Below are positions 1-16,151 of a stretch of DNA of 64,000 nucleotides, in pieces. How positions within the stretch are numbered: position 1 is the first letter of the stretch; the number at the start of each line of letters is the position of its first letter. The translations under genes were made by a program, and so were the position numbers. The stretch spans positions 295,345-359,344 of the forward strand of contig JALDTO010000266.1 of the NCBI GenBank assembly GCA_023515725.1, given 5' to 3'. The notes beneath the pieces were generated by a model. It was not told where the DNA came from. It saw only the letters and a program-made list of their open reading frames with translations, and made no database searches. Source of the stretch: Amoeboaphelidium protococcarum X5 (taxonomy: Eukaryota > Fungi > Aphelidiomycota).

Positions 1-90
1 GTTTCGGAGACAAAGAGGGGAAAGCTGTTAGCTTATTGTAACATCTCTTCTTACTGTACAATCATATAAACGTTGTTGAATATCTAGAGA

Positions 91-1323
91 ATGCCAACGG
101 AGTCTTAATAGTAGCAGTAATAATAAGCGGCTACTGTGCTTTTGGTAACTGCGTCGTATGATAGAACTATCAGATTCTGGGAAGCTCTTTCTGGTATTTG
201 TTCGCGCACGGTTTAGCATCCAGACAGCCAGGTGAATAGAGTAGCTATTAGTACGGATAAGAAGTATGTGGCTGCAGCTGGTAATCCGAACGTAAGAATA
301 TATGAAGGTCTCACCAATAATGGAAATCCCATCGCTACTTTTGAAGGTCACACCGCTAATGTTACCGCTGTCTAGTTTTAATCTAATGCAAAGTGGATTG
401 TAAGTGGTGGTGAAGATGGCTTCGTTAAAGTATTTGATATGAGAATAGGGAATGCTGGTAATAACTCACAGCAATAATAATCTGGCGGTAAAAGCGCAGC
501 TTAAAGAGAATATTCTCATGATAAAGTTGGAGTAGCTGATGTTGTTATTCATCCGAATCAGGTTGAATTGATCAGTTGTGATCATGGTGGAGCGATCAGA
601 GTATGGGATCTACGTGCTGGGCTTAATTCATCTTTTAATAATTATAGCAATAGCAACTCTGGAAATCTTAGCGGTAGCTTTAATGCTAGTGGAAGCGGTG
701 GTAATACCAGTCAATATGCCAAGAATGCTTGTTCTCATGAACTTATACCAGAAGAGGATGCCATGATGAAGAGCCTGTCCATCGCCTCTGACTCTTCTCT
801 GCTCACCGCCGGTACTCACAAAGGTAACGTGTATATATGGAAGTTGTCCAATTAGTCGAGTATGTTCAAAGCTGAGCAGCAATCGATACATGGCGAGTAG
901 TAATAGCAAAAGCTCTCGGGTACCCATACTGATTTCTTGCCAGTGTGCAAATTGAAAGCTCACAGCAATTACATGTTGAGGAGCGTGTTGAGTCCGGACG
1001 TTAAACATCTCGCCACAGCGTCTGCTGATTCTACTATCAAGATATGGTCGTTGCAATCTGGAGAAAATTATGATCCTAGTGAGTCTAATAATTCTAATAC
1101 TGGCAAGGGAGAAGGTATCAGCTTAAAGTTGGAAAAGACTCTTACTGGACATCAGCGATGGGTGTGGGACTGTGCGTTCTCTGCCGATTCAGAGTATCTG
1201 GTCAGTGCAGCATCTGATCATACGGCGAGACTCTGGGATTTAAGTAGCGGTGAAAGTATACGCTAATATCAAGGCCACCATAAAGCTGCTGTATGTGTAT
1301 CTCTCAACGACTACTCTATGTGA
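91..1323 (+). CDS. LST8: TOR complex subunit LST8 (WD40 protein), 410 aa
   Basis: With TAR=Gln there is one frame from ATG 91 to TGA 1321-1323: [50 protein letters not shown]...[31 protein letters not shown]...[18 protein letters not shown]. These are LST8 signatures. Confidence 0.96.
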
Positions 1324-1445
1324 TTTAAAAACTGTAAAATTCTATTTTGGCTGAATGAAATAACTAATTAATACCACTTTAGACCAAATTTATTCGAAAA
1401 AGACACATTAACTAATCAGACGGGATACAATACAAGATGGGGGAT

Positions 1446-4386
<2,941 letters not shown>

Positions 4387-4871
4387 GATACTTGAGAATT
4401 GCCAGTTAAATGCAATCTGAGAATTCAAAGAGTCAAATAAATGAGTGGTTAATGGAATAGTAAAAGTTCAAATAATACAAAACAGAACAATATCAAACTT
4501 GGAATCTAAAGCGATTGGTTGATATTCAAAGGAAGAAAGACGAAAGAAACGACTGAACGGACGGCGAAACCAAATTCCGCTCTTTCCGTTTCAAGCCTGA
4601 GAAATAACATTGTCGTCGATCAACTGCGATGAATAACATTGATCTGTCTCTCTATCTCTCTCTTTCTTTCTCTCGGTAAGGCTCAAACTAAGTAAAACTC
4701 CGACTAACTAAGCCACTGTGAAACACTGAACGTTTCAAACTTGACCTGTAACGTATACCAATAGTCGTCTGTTTGGTTCAGTCACAAGAAATTATTAAAT
4801 CACGATGCAACGATACAATGATGAGAAACTGTTAACACAAAAATATTTCATAGTCAGATTTACAATGCAAA

Positions 4872-5747
4872 TCATTCTTTAGATCCACTTTTAATACGAT
4901 TATCCCAGTCGATGCTTTGATTACCTTCTACGTACGCGCTCAACTCAAAGAACTCTGGTCCACCGACAAGACAAATTTCATTGCCATCCGCGTCGAGTAG
5001 AATTAAGACGGTCACTGTGGCTTTGCCTTCAGTCTCCAACTTGACCAAGTCAGTGTGAATCTTATGTCTCTTCTAAATGACGCGCTACTTGAACACCTTC
5101 TCAATGCTCTCGGTGGGTGTCACACTAATAGCCAATCGTCCGCCAGATTTATGGTGTTCAATTCTACTTTCACACTTTCTAATCAGCAGATAATGATCGC
5201 CACTCTAATTCTAATTCTTTGCTAATGGATATTAGAACTTGGTCAAATCATCATCACTGCTGACCACATTCATTTGCAGAATATCGCGGTAATAACTCAC
5301 ATTCTACTCATAGTTGTATGAATTCAAACAAACTCCAACAATCTCGGGATCTTTATCCACTTCCACCAACTTGAAAGTATAACCATCATTACTTGATACG
5401 TAATGCGTTCCATCATCCTCATTATGCTTGATTTCAACGCCATGCGATCTACATCTTTCAATTAGACCTCTACCGTGAATCTCGATCCATGCCAAATCAT
5501 TTCCCTTTTCATACTATGTTATACCATAATTGAATGCCAGTTCTAGAACAAAATCAGAGTCTTCATGTCCGTATCCCACCATAGTCTTGGACCAAGGACG
5601 CGCAAATGGACCATTGCATTACGCGGCACACTCAGACTTGAATTCTTCATGTCTCAGCACCTTCATACCCAGAACATTCACATACAGATCAATGTCCTTC
5701 TTTAGATTTCCGCTTCTTAATACCCAATGCAGCAATTGCATTTACAT
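4872..5747 (-). CDS. GLOD4: Glyoxalase domain-containing protein 4, 291 aa
   Basis: [51 protein letters not shown]...GRLAI...[18 protein letters not shown] matches the GLOD4 family. The frame runs from ATG 5747 to TGA 4874-4872. Confidence 0.92.
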
Positions 5748-5919
5748 TTTGAAAGTTGTTTTATTATTATTATTTTTTGTGGTAGTTGTTCGTGTATGGT
5801 TTGAATAAGATGATGATTGCTCGAAGATTGGGGATATTACGTCAGCGGATAAAAGTGCCGTGATAAAGATGATACAGTAGTAAATAATCAAAAGTAGAAG
5901 CCTGACAATGTATTGATAT

Positions 5920-8569
5920 TCATAGTAACGCTTAGTCAATCTTCTCCTTGTAGAGAATATACATCGTGGTAAAAGTCTCCATCAGCTGCTCCAAAGGCGA
6001 TTTCACTCCCATCTTACCATTCTTTGTATTGTCACCCTGAACAGTAGTACTATGATGATCTAGAATCGCAGAGTGACCAGAACTATCATTGAGCCACGTG
6101 TATAAACGATATTCTTCAGATGCGACCAAATTACACAATTCCAGACATTTCTCCAGATTATGGGGCATAACATTAATGGTCAACTTGTACAATTGACATA
6201 GACTGTCCACAACAATGGGAATGTACATTCTACGCAAAGTGTCAAGTTCCTCCTATCGCTTAAAATTCTCTTCGTCGCCATCAATATTTCCGGTAGAATG
6301 TACAACACCATCAACGCCAGTAAGCCATGCCTCTTCCTAATTCTAAATGAGACAGCGAAGACACGCAGTCTCAGCCCTGACAGTCAACTGCTCAGCATTC
6401 ATATCATCAGACCAAGAGATTATGTTCAACTTTAGCATCTACAAAGCAGCACCAACATTTTGATTCCATTACTAATTCACTGATAACGCTTAGATTAGCT
6501 CCAAGTAACACACCAACTCTTATTGATGGATGCGTGCTTTATCAGCGTGATTTCTATCCAACTATTGCATATACTCAAGAGACGCAAAGGTGGGTAGAAC
6601 TTCCTTCACTTTATTGATAAGACCATTTGCGGCATTAACATCGCCATTCATAAAAAAGTATCTCAGCAATTGATTTACTCTTAATAAGGCATCGAAATCC
6701 ATAGAGTCATCCGCAAACATCCACAATACGGCATCAATCATTTTCAGATCTAAATCATCCACAGCTTAGTCGATGCCTTTGATAATCTTTTAGATGAACA
6801 ATTTCTTGTTCTCAAATGCTGATGCAAATGCAAATCTACATGCAGCCTTGGCATCGAGGCCGTATAAGACCATGTATTAGAACATTTCCAACTTCTCTTT
6901 ATGTGGCATTTTAACCAAAGACAATAACATCCTACCAGCATACTAAGTCTACTCGACAAATCCAACTTTAGATATATAATCCAGTACAAGATCAACCTTG
7001 TTGTATCCGAGCAATTGCTCCACGTAAAGTCCAATCACCAACTATGATAACTCTGCGGTGCACAACTTCAAATTAGGTAACTGTTCAGCAATAGTCCAAT
7101 GCACAGTAACTCTGAGCACTTGCAAGAATTATCTCTTATCACAGGTCGGAGATCGGTGCAATTGCATAACATATTCCAAGGCAACCGATAAATTATTCTC
7201 AACCAAAGATTGAAATAGGAGAGAAAAAGGTGCATCGCGAGATTATGGATACAACTATCGTAATACTCCAACCATATCTGTAAGCGATATGACGTGAACA
7301 CTTTGTCCAACCAGGCCATGACTTTGTGATAAGAATTGCTCAGTAACAGCCACCAGAGACGCCTAGATCATGCACCATAGAGCATCTTACCAATTCTAAC
7401 AAGCCGGAAGCATATTATCCAAATCACCACAAAGAGATGCATATATAGCACGAACATAAACATCATGATGCGAGGATGAAGCAATTTGCTGACAGACGTC
7501 TAGAAATTACTTTCTATTAGCATTTCCACCAGGATAAAGATCCTCCTACATAGCAGTATCTACGTCAGTTACTTGCTATTCTATTCCATTATAGAGCGCG
7601 CCATTAAGAGACGCACATAGCCAATACAACTTTTACTCCCTGCAAAAGGCTATTGCATCCAAAAATCTACCACCTCTAATCATATTCCATATGTTCTGCA
7701 TAGATTATTATGGCGTTATATTCTGAGCATTACCATTAGATTGATATTAATTCCCAAACCCTTCATCCATGAGCAATGAACCAGTCTAAGATTAAAATGG
7801 CTATTACTGTTATTACTATTACTACTACTGCAAATCAAACTTGTAAGTACGCTCCAACCACTCCTTAACTATAACCTTTTCCATAACTGAATTATTGTTA
7901 TTATAAAACTAGTGTACCAGAGAGCGATCAGATGATCCAATATATTAACCTTCCATCGTAACATTAGCATCATATTACTTGTTAGGCTAGTCTTATTATT
8001 ACATCTGACGAACTAGTAGCAAGTCGTGCAACAAGGACCAAAACTACTTCTCCTAAATGTACCCAGCATCCTACTCCTACTCTCCATCACCAGATTCAGG
8101 ATTATAAGTGGACAGCAAGTGATAAAACTAGGCAAGCAAAGACTTCTGATCCCCACTTGATAACTCTTCACCACCATCCATATCAACAGCGAGACGATCA
8201 TCCTCAAGAACCAAAGAACATGATTCCAGGCAATCAGAAAACTGCTCCATCAGACGCATCTCACTCTCCACCTCAAATTGCTCTTCATCAATCACCTCCT
8301 GCGTCAAGTCGAACGCATTACTCTTTGCCACAGTACTATACTTAAGAGAACTAGAACGGTATGGTGTATGAGTATTGCGAAACTTTCTCTACGCCGGAGT
8401 AGCCAAAGCCTTCTTCAATGCAGACTATGACGTTCCTACTACATCATTCCAGAAAGAGAGATAATAACAATTAAATGAAAAGTTTGATAGTAATAATAAA
8501 CACCGTACCATTCTTTATATTCCTAGCCTTCTAAGCAGGTCTATGTGCAGCAGGTGTAGGAAATTCCAT
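5920..8569 (-). CDS. NUP107: Nuclear pore Y-complex protein Nup107/Nup84; intron 8439-8508 (alternative NAGNAG acceptor at 8436)
   Basis: Nup84/107 motifs VKEWLE, WNMIRGGRFLDAIAFCREQKLYWLCASLNG, RAIYASLCGDLDNMLPACQNWQDALW, and C-terminal LRRMYIP...LVASEEYRLY. The first exon is inferred from a frame-compatible GTACGG donor. Confidence 0.88.
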
Positions 8570-8665
8570 ATCGTGTACCAACTATCTCGACCAGATCTGT
8601 CAGTGTTCAATGAAGAAGAAACGGAGAAAGAAGAAATAACAGACGAGAACGGCAAAGAGGAAAAG

Positions 8666-8738
8666 TCTTTCTCTCTCTCACTGTCTCTCTCTCTCTCTCA
8701 CTGTCTCTCTCTCTCTCTTTCATTATCTCTTTCTCCTT
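8666..8738. repeat. (CT)n-rich microsatellite tract upstream of NUP107
   Basis: The tract contains the 20-mer ctctctctcactgtctctct duplicated at 8671-8690 and 8691-8710. Similar CT/GA tracts lie at about 4645-4675, 19411-19425, 19546-19566 and 57386-57408. Confidence 0.85.
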
Positions 8739-8766
8739 CGATCAACGGGGGCGAACACTTTAAGAA

Positions 8767-9200
8767 GAAGAGTTACGTGAATGTCCTTATGCTTTTTGTG
8801 GTGCAATGTTTACCTGGGATTGAATTCTATTTGCGACTGTGTTCAGATGCAAGTCTTGCTGGTTGTATTGACACGATGAAAGGTTAAACCGGATTACTCT
8901 TTTAAAGGTCTGATCTCATGGAATTCTGGAATGTTAGACTGCTGTTCATAGATCTATCTACTGCTGAGTCTGAATATGTATCTTTCTTTATCTGATTGTT
9001 CTGCTGAAGTCAAATGGCTTAGAATTATGCTATAAGAACTTGGTTTCTGGAAAGATCAACAAGTGGTCGTCTATGAAGATTAGAGAGCTGTTTGGATCTC
9101 GTAGCTGAAAAGGAGCTGGACGTTATAGGTACTGAACATATTGACATACAATGGCATTTTGTCAAGGAGCTTGTTGCCTATGGAGCTGTCAAGGTAGACG
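8767..9200 (+). mobile_element. Degenerate Ty1/copia LTR-retrotransposon RT-end/RNase H remnant
   Basis: Fragments across shifting frames: LRLCSDASLAGCIDTMKGQTG, LISWNS, LSTAESEY, EVKWLRIMLQELG, VVYED, TEHIDIQWHFVKELVAYGAVKV. They follow the order of the copia RNase H consensus (SDADWAG...ISW.S...LSTAEAEY...WLR.LL.ELG...IYEDN...TKHIDIRYHFVRE). There are several frameshifts and no LTRs were seen. Confidence 0.8.
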
Positions 9201-9654
9201 CGTCCGAAGAAATTCCTCAGTCGCCTACTCATGGGGTCATTTGATCTGCCATATCCTTTTGCTACCGTATACACGTAACTTGTTTTACTCCGCCTAATTC
9301 GAGTGTATGTAGAGCCTCTTCCGCAAGCTGTACGACTAAATGTTCGCAATTACTGCAAGAAATTATGGAAAAATGACCCTGGTAAGAATATCTTGAAAAT
9401 CTTGCGTACGTTCTCACCTAAAGTCTGATGTAGAGTCCAAAGGTATAATCGACTTGGAAGATTGTACTTAGGCTTTTGAGGTGAAATTCAACGCGCTGTC
9501 GAAGCAAGAGCAAGGTTAATATCGAAGTAAGGCAATGTTCGGGCCTTATCCGGCTGAATGGAGCCAAGAGATGTGTAAGATGAAGTTTTAGATATGATGT
9601 AATCTCTGGTAATGGCATTTATATCCCTTTGGCACAGTAATGGCTTTCAGTTAA

Positions 9655-10860
9655 GCGACTGTAAATCTGGAAATTGGCGCTGGCAAGACGGCTGCTGTAA
9701 TGGTTCCTGTTGGTTTAGAGCCGGGTCATGCATCAATCTTTGTGGTCCCTTCCCGTGCTCTCATGATAAACTTCCAGCTGATTCTTGGTCGCTTCTCTGT
9801 GGAAGTCTATCCTGCTTGGACTTCGACTCCTGGGCTGAAGCTGCTGTCCTCTGATCATTTCATGGATCATCAGTGCCTGCAGCAGACTAAATCATTATCA
9901 TAAATGTTCCTGCTAAGGAGAATTGTAATAGATGAGGCTTAGGAGTTGCTTTTGGCTGCGGAGTACCGGCCTGTCATGAACCACCTGCTGAGTCTTCGTT
10001 CCTAGTACTACCAACTGGTGCTGCTGACTGGCACTCTGACCAGCAAAATGATGCAGGTGTTTGATTGGTCTTTTTTTGGATTTCATTCAAGGTGATACGG
10101 TCTCCCAGCGCCCTCAATTAAAATCTTGCAATAACTTTGCAACGCTGTCTGGATGCGCTGGAGATGAATAGCAAGTTGATCATGGCTGTTGATGGATGTG
10201 CTGGTAAGATGGTAATTTTTACACAGTATATCTCTGATATGGCACATATCAAGGCAGTAGTTATGAAAGCTGCAGATCTGTATTAATGGTTTATGGCAAG
10301 CTTTCCACTGATGACAAGTTGGATATTGTCGGTGAGTTTGAAGATTCTGCTGATACAATTCTGATTGTTACTTCTGCGTTTGGGCAAGGAGTAGATGTAT
10401 GTGGCCTGAAAAATGTTGTTCATTTTGGTCCTCCTGCTACTGCCTTCGATTACATCTAACAGATTGGCAGAGCAGGTGGAATTGTGGAGGCTGGTGTTGG
10501 AAAAGCTGTCCTGCTCTACTCACCTCAACATATCAAAGCTGTGAGATCTGGTGAGGATTCATTTGGCGGGGCTGACTTGATGTAGTAATATTTGCTGGAT
10601 GATTAATGTATTCTTCCACGATTATGCTCTGCTCTGGATGCTCCTCAAGCCTGTTGTGCAATTGTCTCCTCAGATGATGCGCTGTGTAGCTGGTGCGTTA
10701 GACAGTCTGTAATTCCATCAGAACCGGTTCCTTCGTCTACATCTATAGAACGTACTGTATTGAGTAGAGCAGTGAATGGTCAATAATAATCCTCTCGTGC
10801 TAGAATTGCTCCTATTACATCTACTGCTCCTGCTTCTTAGTCAGTCGCATCATTTTTCTA
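9655..10860 (+). pseudogene. Frameshifted RecQ-family (SF2) helicase, probably mobile-element or TLH-type
   Basis: Motifs occur in order: GAGKT (9676-9690), VVPSRALM, IVIDEAQ (to 9942), YRP, LLTGTL, KMVIFT, VTSAFGQGVD, YIQQIGRAG (about 10451-10477), then an RQC-like Cys cluster ending CSWC (10685-10696). Frameshifts lie at the T-run near 10071-10080 and near 10277. No intact start was found. Confidence 0.8.
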
Positions 10861-12698
10861 ATTCATCTTCAGTTTCTCATGCTGCTGCTAATGTCTTATC
10901 AAGAGCTGGTACATTGTCTTCATCATTCCCCAACATTTTATGGTAATAAAAGGAAATTAGTAGATTCTGATTGGGAGTACAACCTGGATAAAGACCCAAC
11001 TTGCTGCGACCGCAGGGCAGGGCAGGGAGGCTGCGCTCTCGCCGGCTGCTTCATGTGATTTAGTATAGACAAGTAGTTTTCAAGTGTTTTAATGTTGCCT
11101 ACTCAGTGTGCTCTCAGATTCTAATTATTAGAATTTCTGAAGCGGATATTCTAAAGGCTAGTCTGCTCTCCCGCAACGCCAAAACTCATTCTGCGTATTT
11201 GCTAACTGCTCTAGATGATTCAGTATGGTCGATATATTATGTCCAAGTAGTTTTCAATTATGCTGAAGTTGGCAACTCGCTGTGCTGTTACATTCTACTC
11301 TTTAGGATCGCTCAGTAAACTCCACGTGAGGCGGCACCTAACCAGTGACTATTGAGCAGCATGGGTAGTAAGTAAGGGTAGAACACCATAAAGCTGCCAT
11401 TACTCAAAACTTAGTGTATTCTGATAGTGAAGCACCTGTCTTCTCTCTGATCTCAGCCTGGAATGTACAGTTTGCGGTTTTATAGCAACTCTATCAATTG
11501 ACAGACTTGATCGCCCCAACGCTGTCAATTGGCAGACTTCACACACCCGCATATGCTCACCATTATAACTCAATAATTTGTATAAAACAAGTATATCATC
11601 GGATGCGCTACAAGCTAGTACCAATGAAATTGGTCATTACTTGAGTATTGACATTGTTACCGCCAGTTGAACTCCAGATAACACCATGTGTGGCTACTTT
11701 TGCCCAATCAATCAACTGAAGTGTCAGCATAAAACACTCCTAGAACTTTGAGGACTTGATGGATCTATGAAGCAGACTATATAGAATCTATAGAGTCTTA
11801 CTTCAAGTGCGAATTCGTCAGCGTCAGAGGGTGAGATACTTTAGCCAGATTTTATGGCTAAAGTGTCTGGTACCATGGGGAGTGATGTTGAAACATTCAT
11901 ACTTCGATCAGAGGTATATTTTTGAATGCTCTTTAGAATGGTACCATTGAAAATGGCCAATCTCTAAATGGTGACACTTTTAGCAACGGATGAATGTCAA
12001 GATTGCACAGTCGCGAAACACTTTGCGTAATCAATCATGGGTCAGACCATCAGTTTTAACACTATCGGCAACAAAAGAAATGATACCTCATTCGTACACT
12101 GTAGATGGGCTGTTAGTTATTGTCTGACAGTTCCAACACTTTTATTCATGATTCCAGAAGCCAATATAGGTGCCACCTACTCTGGTAAATTCTCTAGAGT
12201 AGGTGGCAACTATTCTGGACATTAGCTCGATGAGAAAACATGATATGTGGTTGCAAATTACTATGTCCATACCTTATACACCACTTATGAAGAATCAATA
12301 GTGGATATAAGTAGTTAATCTATATGGGTGAAGGCATTGCACGGCGAGTCCCAGTTGCTTTCAAACACACATCACTCTAAGTGGTCAATCTGATGTGCAA
12401 TTAACAATATTAACAACAACGCGCAGTAAAGTTAATATATGTCTTTCCGGTATTGTAGGTAAGCGGTCTACGTTATCTGAGTATTCAAAGACATCTATCC
12501 ATGGTAAAACCAGGCGCTCATAATCAGGAGGGTGAAAGAGAAGTGGACTAAATCTACTAGATGCCAAACGTATATACAGTAGTTGAAGATGAATTAGCCT
12601 AGATGTAAACGAAGACAGAATAGTATTTCAATATTCATTTTTAATGACAATACTAAAATATCACTCTCAATTATCTCCCGCAAACTGGCAAAATAAAA

Positions 12699-15600
12699 TC
12701 ACAAGTGAATGATCACAGTTGGAACTTCAACATCTTCGCCGTTTCGATCATCGCAGCAAATCTCACACACCAGAGACTTTGCATGTGCAGGCACCGGTTT
12801 CTTGGACACAGACTCAATCAGGTCTGTCATCTTCATCCCCAGCCTGTCATCCATCTTCTTCTTAGGCATAAAGAAGGAGAACAACATGGAGGAGCCACTA
12901 GACAACATCGTAACACTCAATTCATGCTCCGTCTTGAAATAATCCAACAACTCCTTCAACGTGACATTTCCCTTAACATCAAACTTGCTCCATAAAGTCC
13001 ATTCCACTTCATGGTATTTGTATTTAGGAGCAGCAATAGGCTCACTAAATCCAAAGAAGGGCAGTGCCAAATTGACAAAGCCATTCTTATAATCTTCAAT
13101 CTTGCGAGGATTAGCATAGTGAGAAGACTTATCCTTTTACTAGCTGTTATCATACACAATCTTGAACAATTCCAAACATACAAGACCGGTGACCAGAGCA
13201 GTTGTTGTTGCGATGGCTGGAATAATTTTGCCAGCAATCCCTTTAGTCTTATGACGATCTGCAGGCTCAATCTTATAATTCACGGCCCTCAGATTAGATG
13301 CAGCGGTAATAAAATCAATGTGAAAGTTGGAATCGTCATCTTTCTCAAAGTCTGCAGGCTATACGCTCAGCTTTTGCAGCTGATCCTTCTAAGGAAGAGA
13401 GCCGATCAACTAATCCAAATTCTCACCAGTCTAAGCATCAGTAGAAGATCCATTCTACTAGGCCAACTCCGAGTCTTGCGTGGCAATCTTCACATTAGAT
13501 TTTGGGGTGAAATCTGGCACAATAACATTGCTAGCAACCTTTTTGGCATACTCAGCATCTCTATTAGCAGGCAGGCCGTAATTAAAGGCGCGCAAATTGG
13601 CCGCACTCAGAATAAATTCCATGTGGAGCTTATTATCGACATCAAACAACACTGGATCTGGTGCACGTTTAGGACCACTCCAGAACAGGGCGCCAGACGA
13701 GGTGACAGAGTCCTTTGGAAAATTATACAACATCTACTGAATGCTATTGTTGTAATACTCTTCAAACTTTAGTCTAGCCCAGCGGATACAATCATCAAAC
13801 GTCGACGGCTTATCACTGGTCAAATTACCACTCAATGTAGTCAAGATGGCCTTTGCGTTATGACCACCCTTAATAGTGTCATCCACAAAATTAGCCTCAC
13901 TCAGGTATAACTTCATGTCCATTATATTGTCAGTGAACAACTCCACAAACTTGTTACGCGACCACTCAATCGTGTGCTCAATAGCATTCGGAAAGTTGTG
14001 GAGCGTGCACATAGGGATAGACTTCTCAGGCGGATCTTAAGAAGATGAGTAGGACTCAGTCATATGAGGAATCACCACTTGCGTATTACCCTTAGTGCCC
14101 AAAGTACCAGATTCCAGCAGAGGTTTTTAAAAGAAGACGCATCTTCTATCAACGTACTATCTCGCCTGAACATTATCCAATGCGTTCGTAACAAAGTCGA
14201 GACTCTACCAGAATTGGTCATTGAAAATATTCTCCGTCTCAACGCCAACCCGATCCTGCTTAGCAATAATCTTGCCTTTAAGATTCTTATTCATGGCGCA
14301 TACAGCCTCAGCAGCAGTTGAACTCTTAAACTTGCCAACATCACCAGCACGGAATAGAAACTATCTGTTCAGATTACTCTTTTCAATAGTGTCCATATCA
14401 GTCACTTAAATACAACCATTTGGGCCAGTAGCAATACCCATCATCGCCCAATTCTTTAGCATCTCGCAACCAATAGCACCAGATCCAACCAGGAAGATTT
14501 TCAAGTTACTGAGTCTATCGCAGAACTTCTTACCAAACACTGCAATCTAAGCATCATATCTACTGTTCAGCGGCTAACAATCCTATTCGCTTGGCTCTTC
14601 TAGAGGCATCGATTCCAGAGAGTCAAAGTACAGATTTTGGAACAGAGGATGGAATTTACCACTCACAGCCTTTAGCACTTCCTAGGCAACAAATCCGCCA
14701 ATAACCGCCACCATAGGAGACAAGTCACCAATGGCATGGAAAGACAACTACGTAATCAACTTTTCATCTAATTCAATCTTGGCGTCAGACGCGAGCTTCT
14801 TAGCCAAAGCCACAACTTTCTGAGCATCTTTCACATTTCTAGGCTTAGGCAAGCGACCATCATTCTGCTCAGCAAACTAATGCAAAGCTTAAAATCCAAC
14901 ATGAAGTTGAGCAGGACGGTCAAATTTGGCAAAGTCTGTCACCAGAAATTCTGGATCTTTCAATCTATCAGCCAGGGATTTGAAGTGCAAAGTCTTTGGC
15001 ATCTTTACCTGGTGAAATTATCCACCAGACTTGTACGCACTTAAAGAATTAGTGTCTCCAATGCTAAAAGTATAAGGGCCTAAAACTTTAACCTTTCTAG
15101 GCTCACAATCGTTCAACTCAGACATGCCAACAATCTCTTTAAAGGTGACGTAATCTCCGTCTTCAAGGCCATGGCGGCTCTCATCCAGACAAGTGATAAC
15201 ACCCTCAGCGTCTTGTGACACACTGGCAATCATTCCATTCAGAGGCTGTTCACCAGTCACGTCACTAACGACAAAATTCTCACCAAAGTCACAGAATGCA
15301 GAGGCGAATAGACCATGTAGTTCAGAGGAGATGAAGCAAATGTTCTTCTTGTGCGTATAATCATTGATTTCCATCTGCTGCTTCTAAGGTAAATTGGTAC
15401 ACACAACAACTGAATACTTGTCCAAATCTTCAAGTTTCAACTTACCTTGTAGCACATGCACAGGTACATACTGGTTCAACTGTGCCAGCCTGTCTCTACA
15501 CGCAGCAGCTCTAGGCTTACCCAGATCACCTTCAGTCAGGTAGAACTGGGACGACAGATCTGCAATCACGGCAGGTTCATCATCGTGAATGGTCACGCTC

Positions 15601-15846
15601 TTCACACCGGCAAGTATAACATTCTTGGCTACATGATTGTATATATTTTTATGATGAAATATAATAAAATAAGTAAATAAAATACTTACCAATTTCAACA
15701 CCGAGACCATTCATGCCGATGATGAGCACATTGGACTGGCTCATTCTCTTCATAGCTTCATGACCGAGAACGTACAATTATCTAGAGTAGAGACCCTCAT
15801 CAATCGACTACTACTACTACTGAGTTTCCTGTCCCTTCTAAGTCAT
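12699..15846 (-). CDS. UBA1: Ubiquitin-activating enzyme E1, 1028 aa; intron 15629-15689
   Basis: [49 protein letters not shown], active site [41 protein letters not shown]. Stop is TGA 12701-12699. Confidence 0.98.
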
Positions 15847-16151
15847 TTTAAATTCAGCTGGTTAAGAGTGTAACTTATTCTGACAAGCACAGACGTTTCG
15901 TAAGAGTTATATAAAGTGAAGAGGAAAGAAAAGCTGTGAGTGAAATCGCGCGCGCGAGAGTTTCAGAACGACAACGAAGAAGAACGACAATCGACGGCTT
16001 GATAGACCGAGACAGGGAAGGGTGCTCTTATACCAGCGGTGGTGTTATAAATAATAATAATAATAATGAGAATAAAAAGGGATTAGCAAGTCTCTACTTC
16101 ATTCGCGAAATCATATAAAATTTTACCAAGAGTATATAATAATTAAAATAC

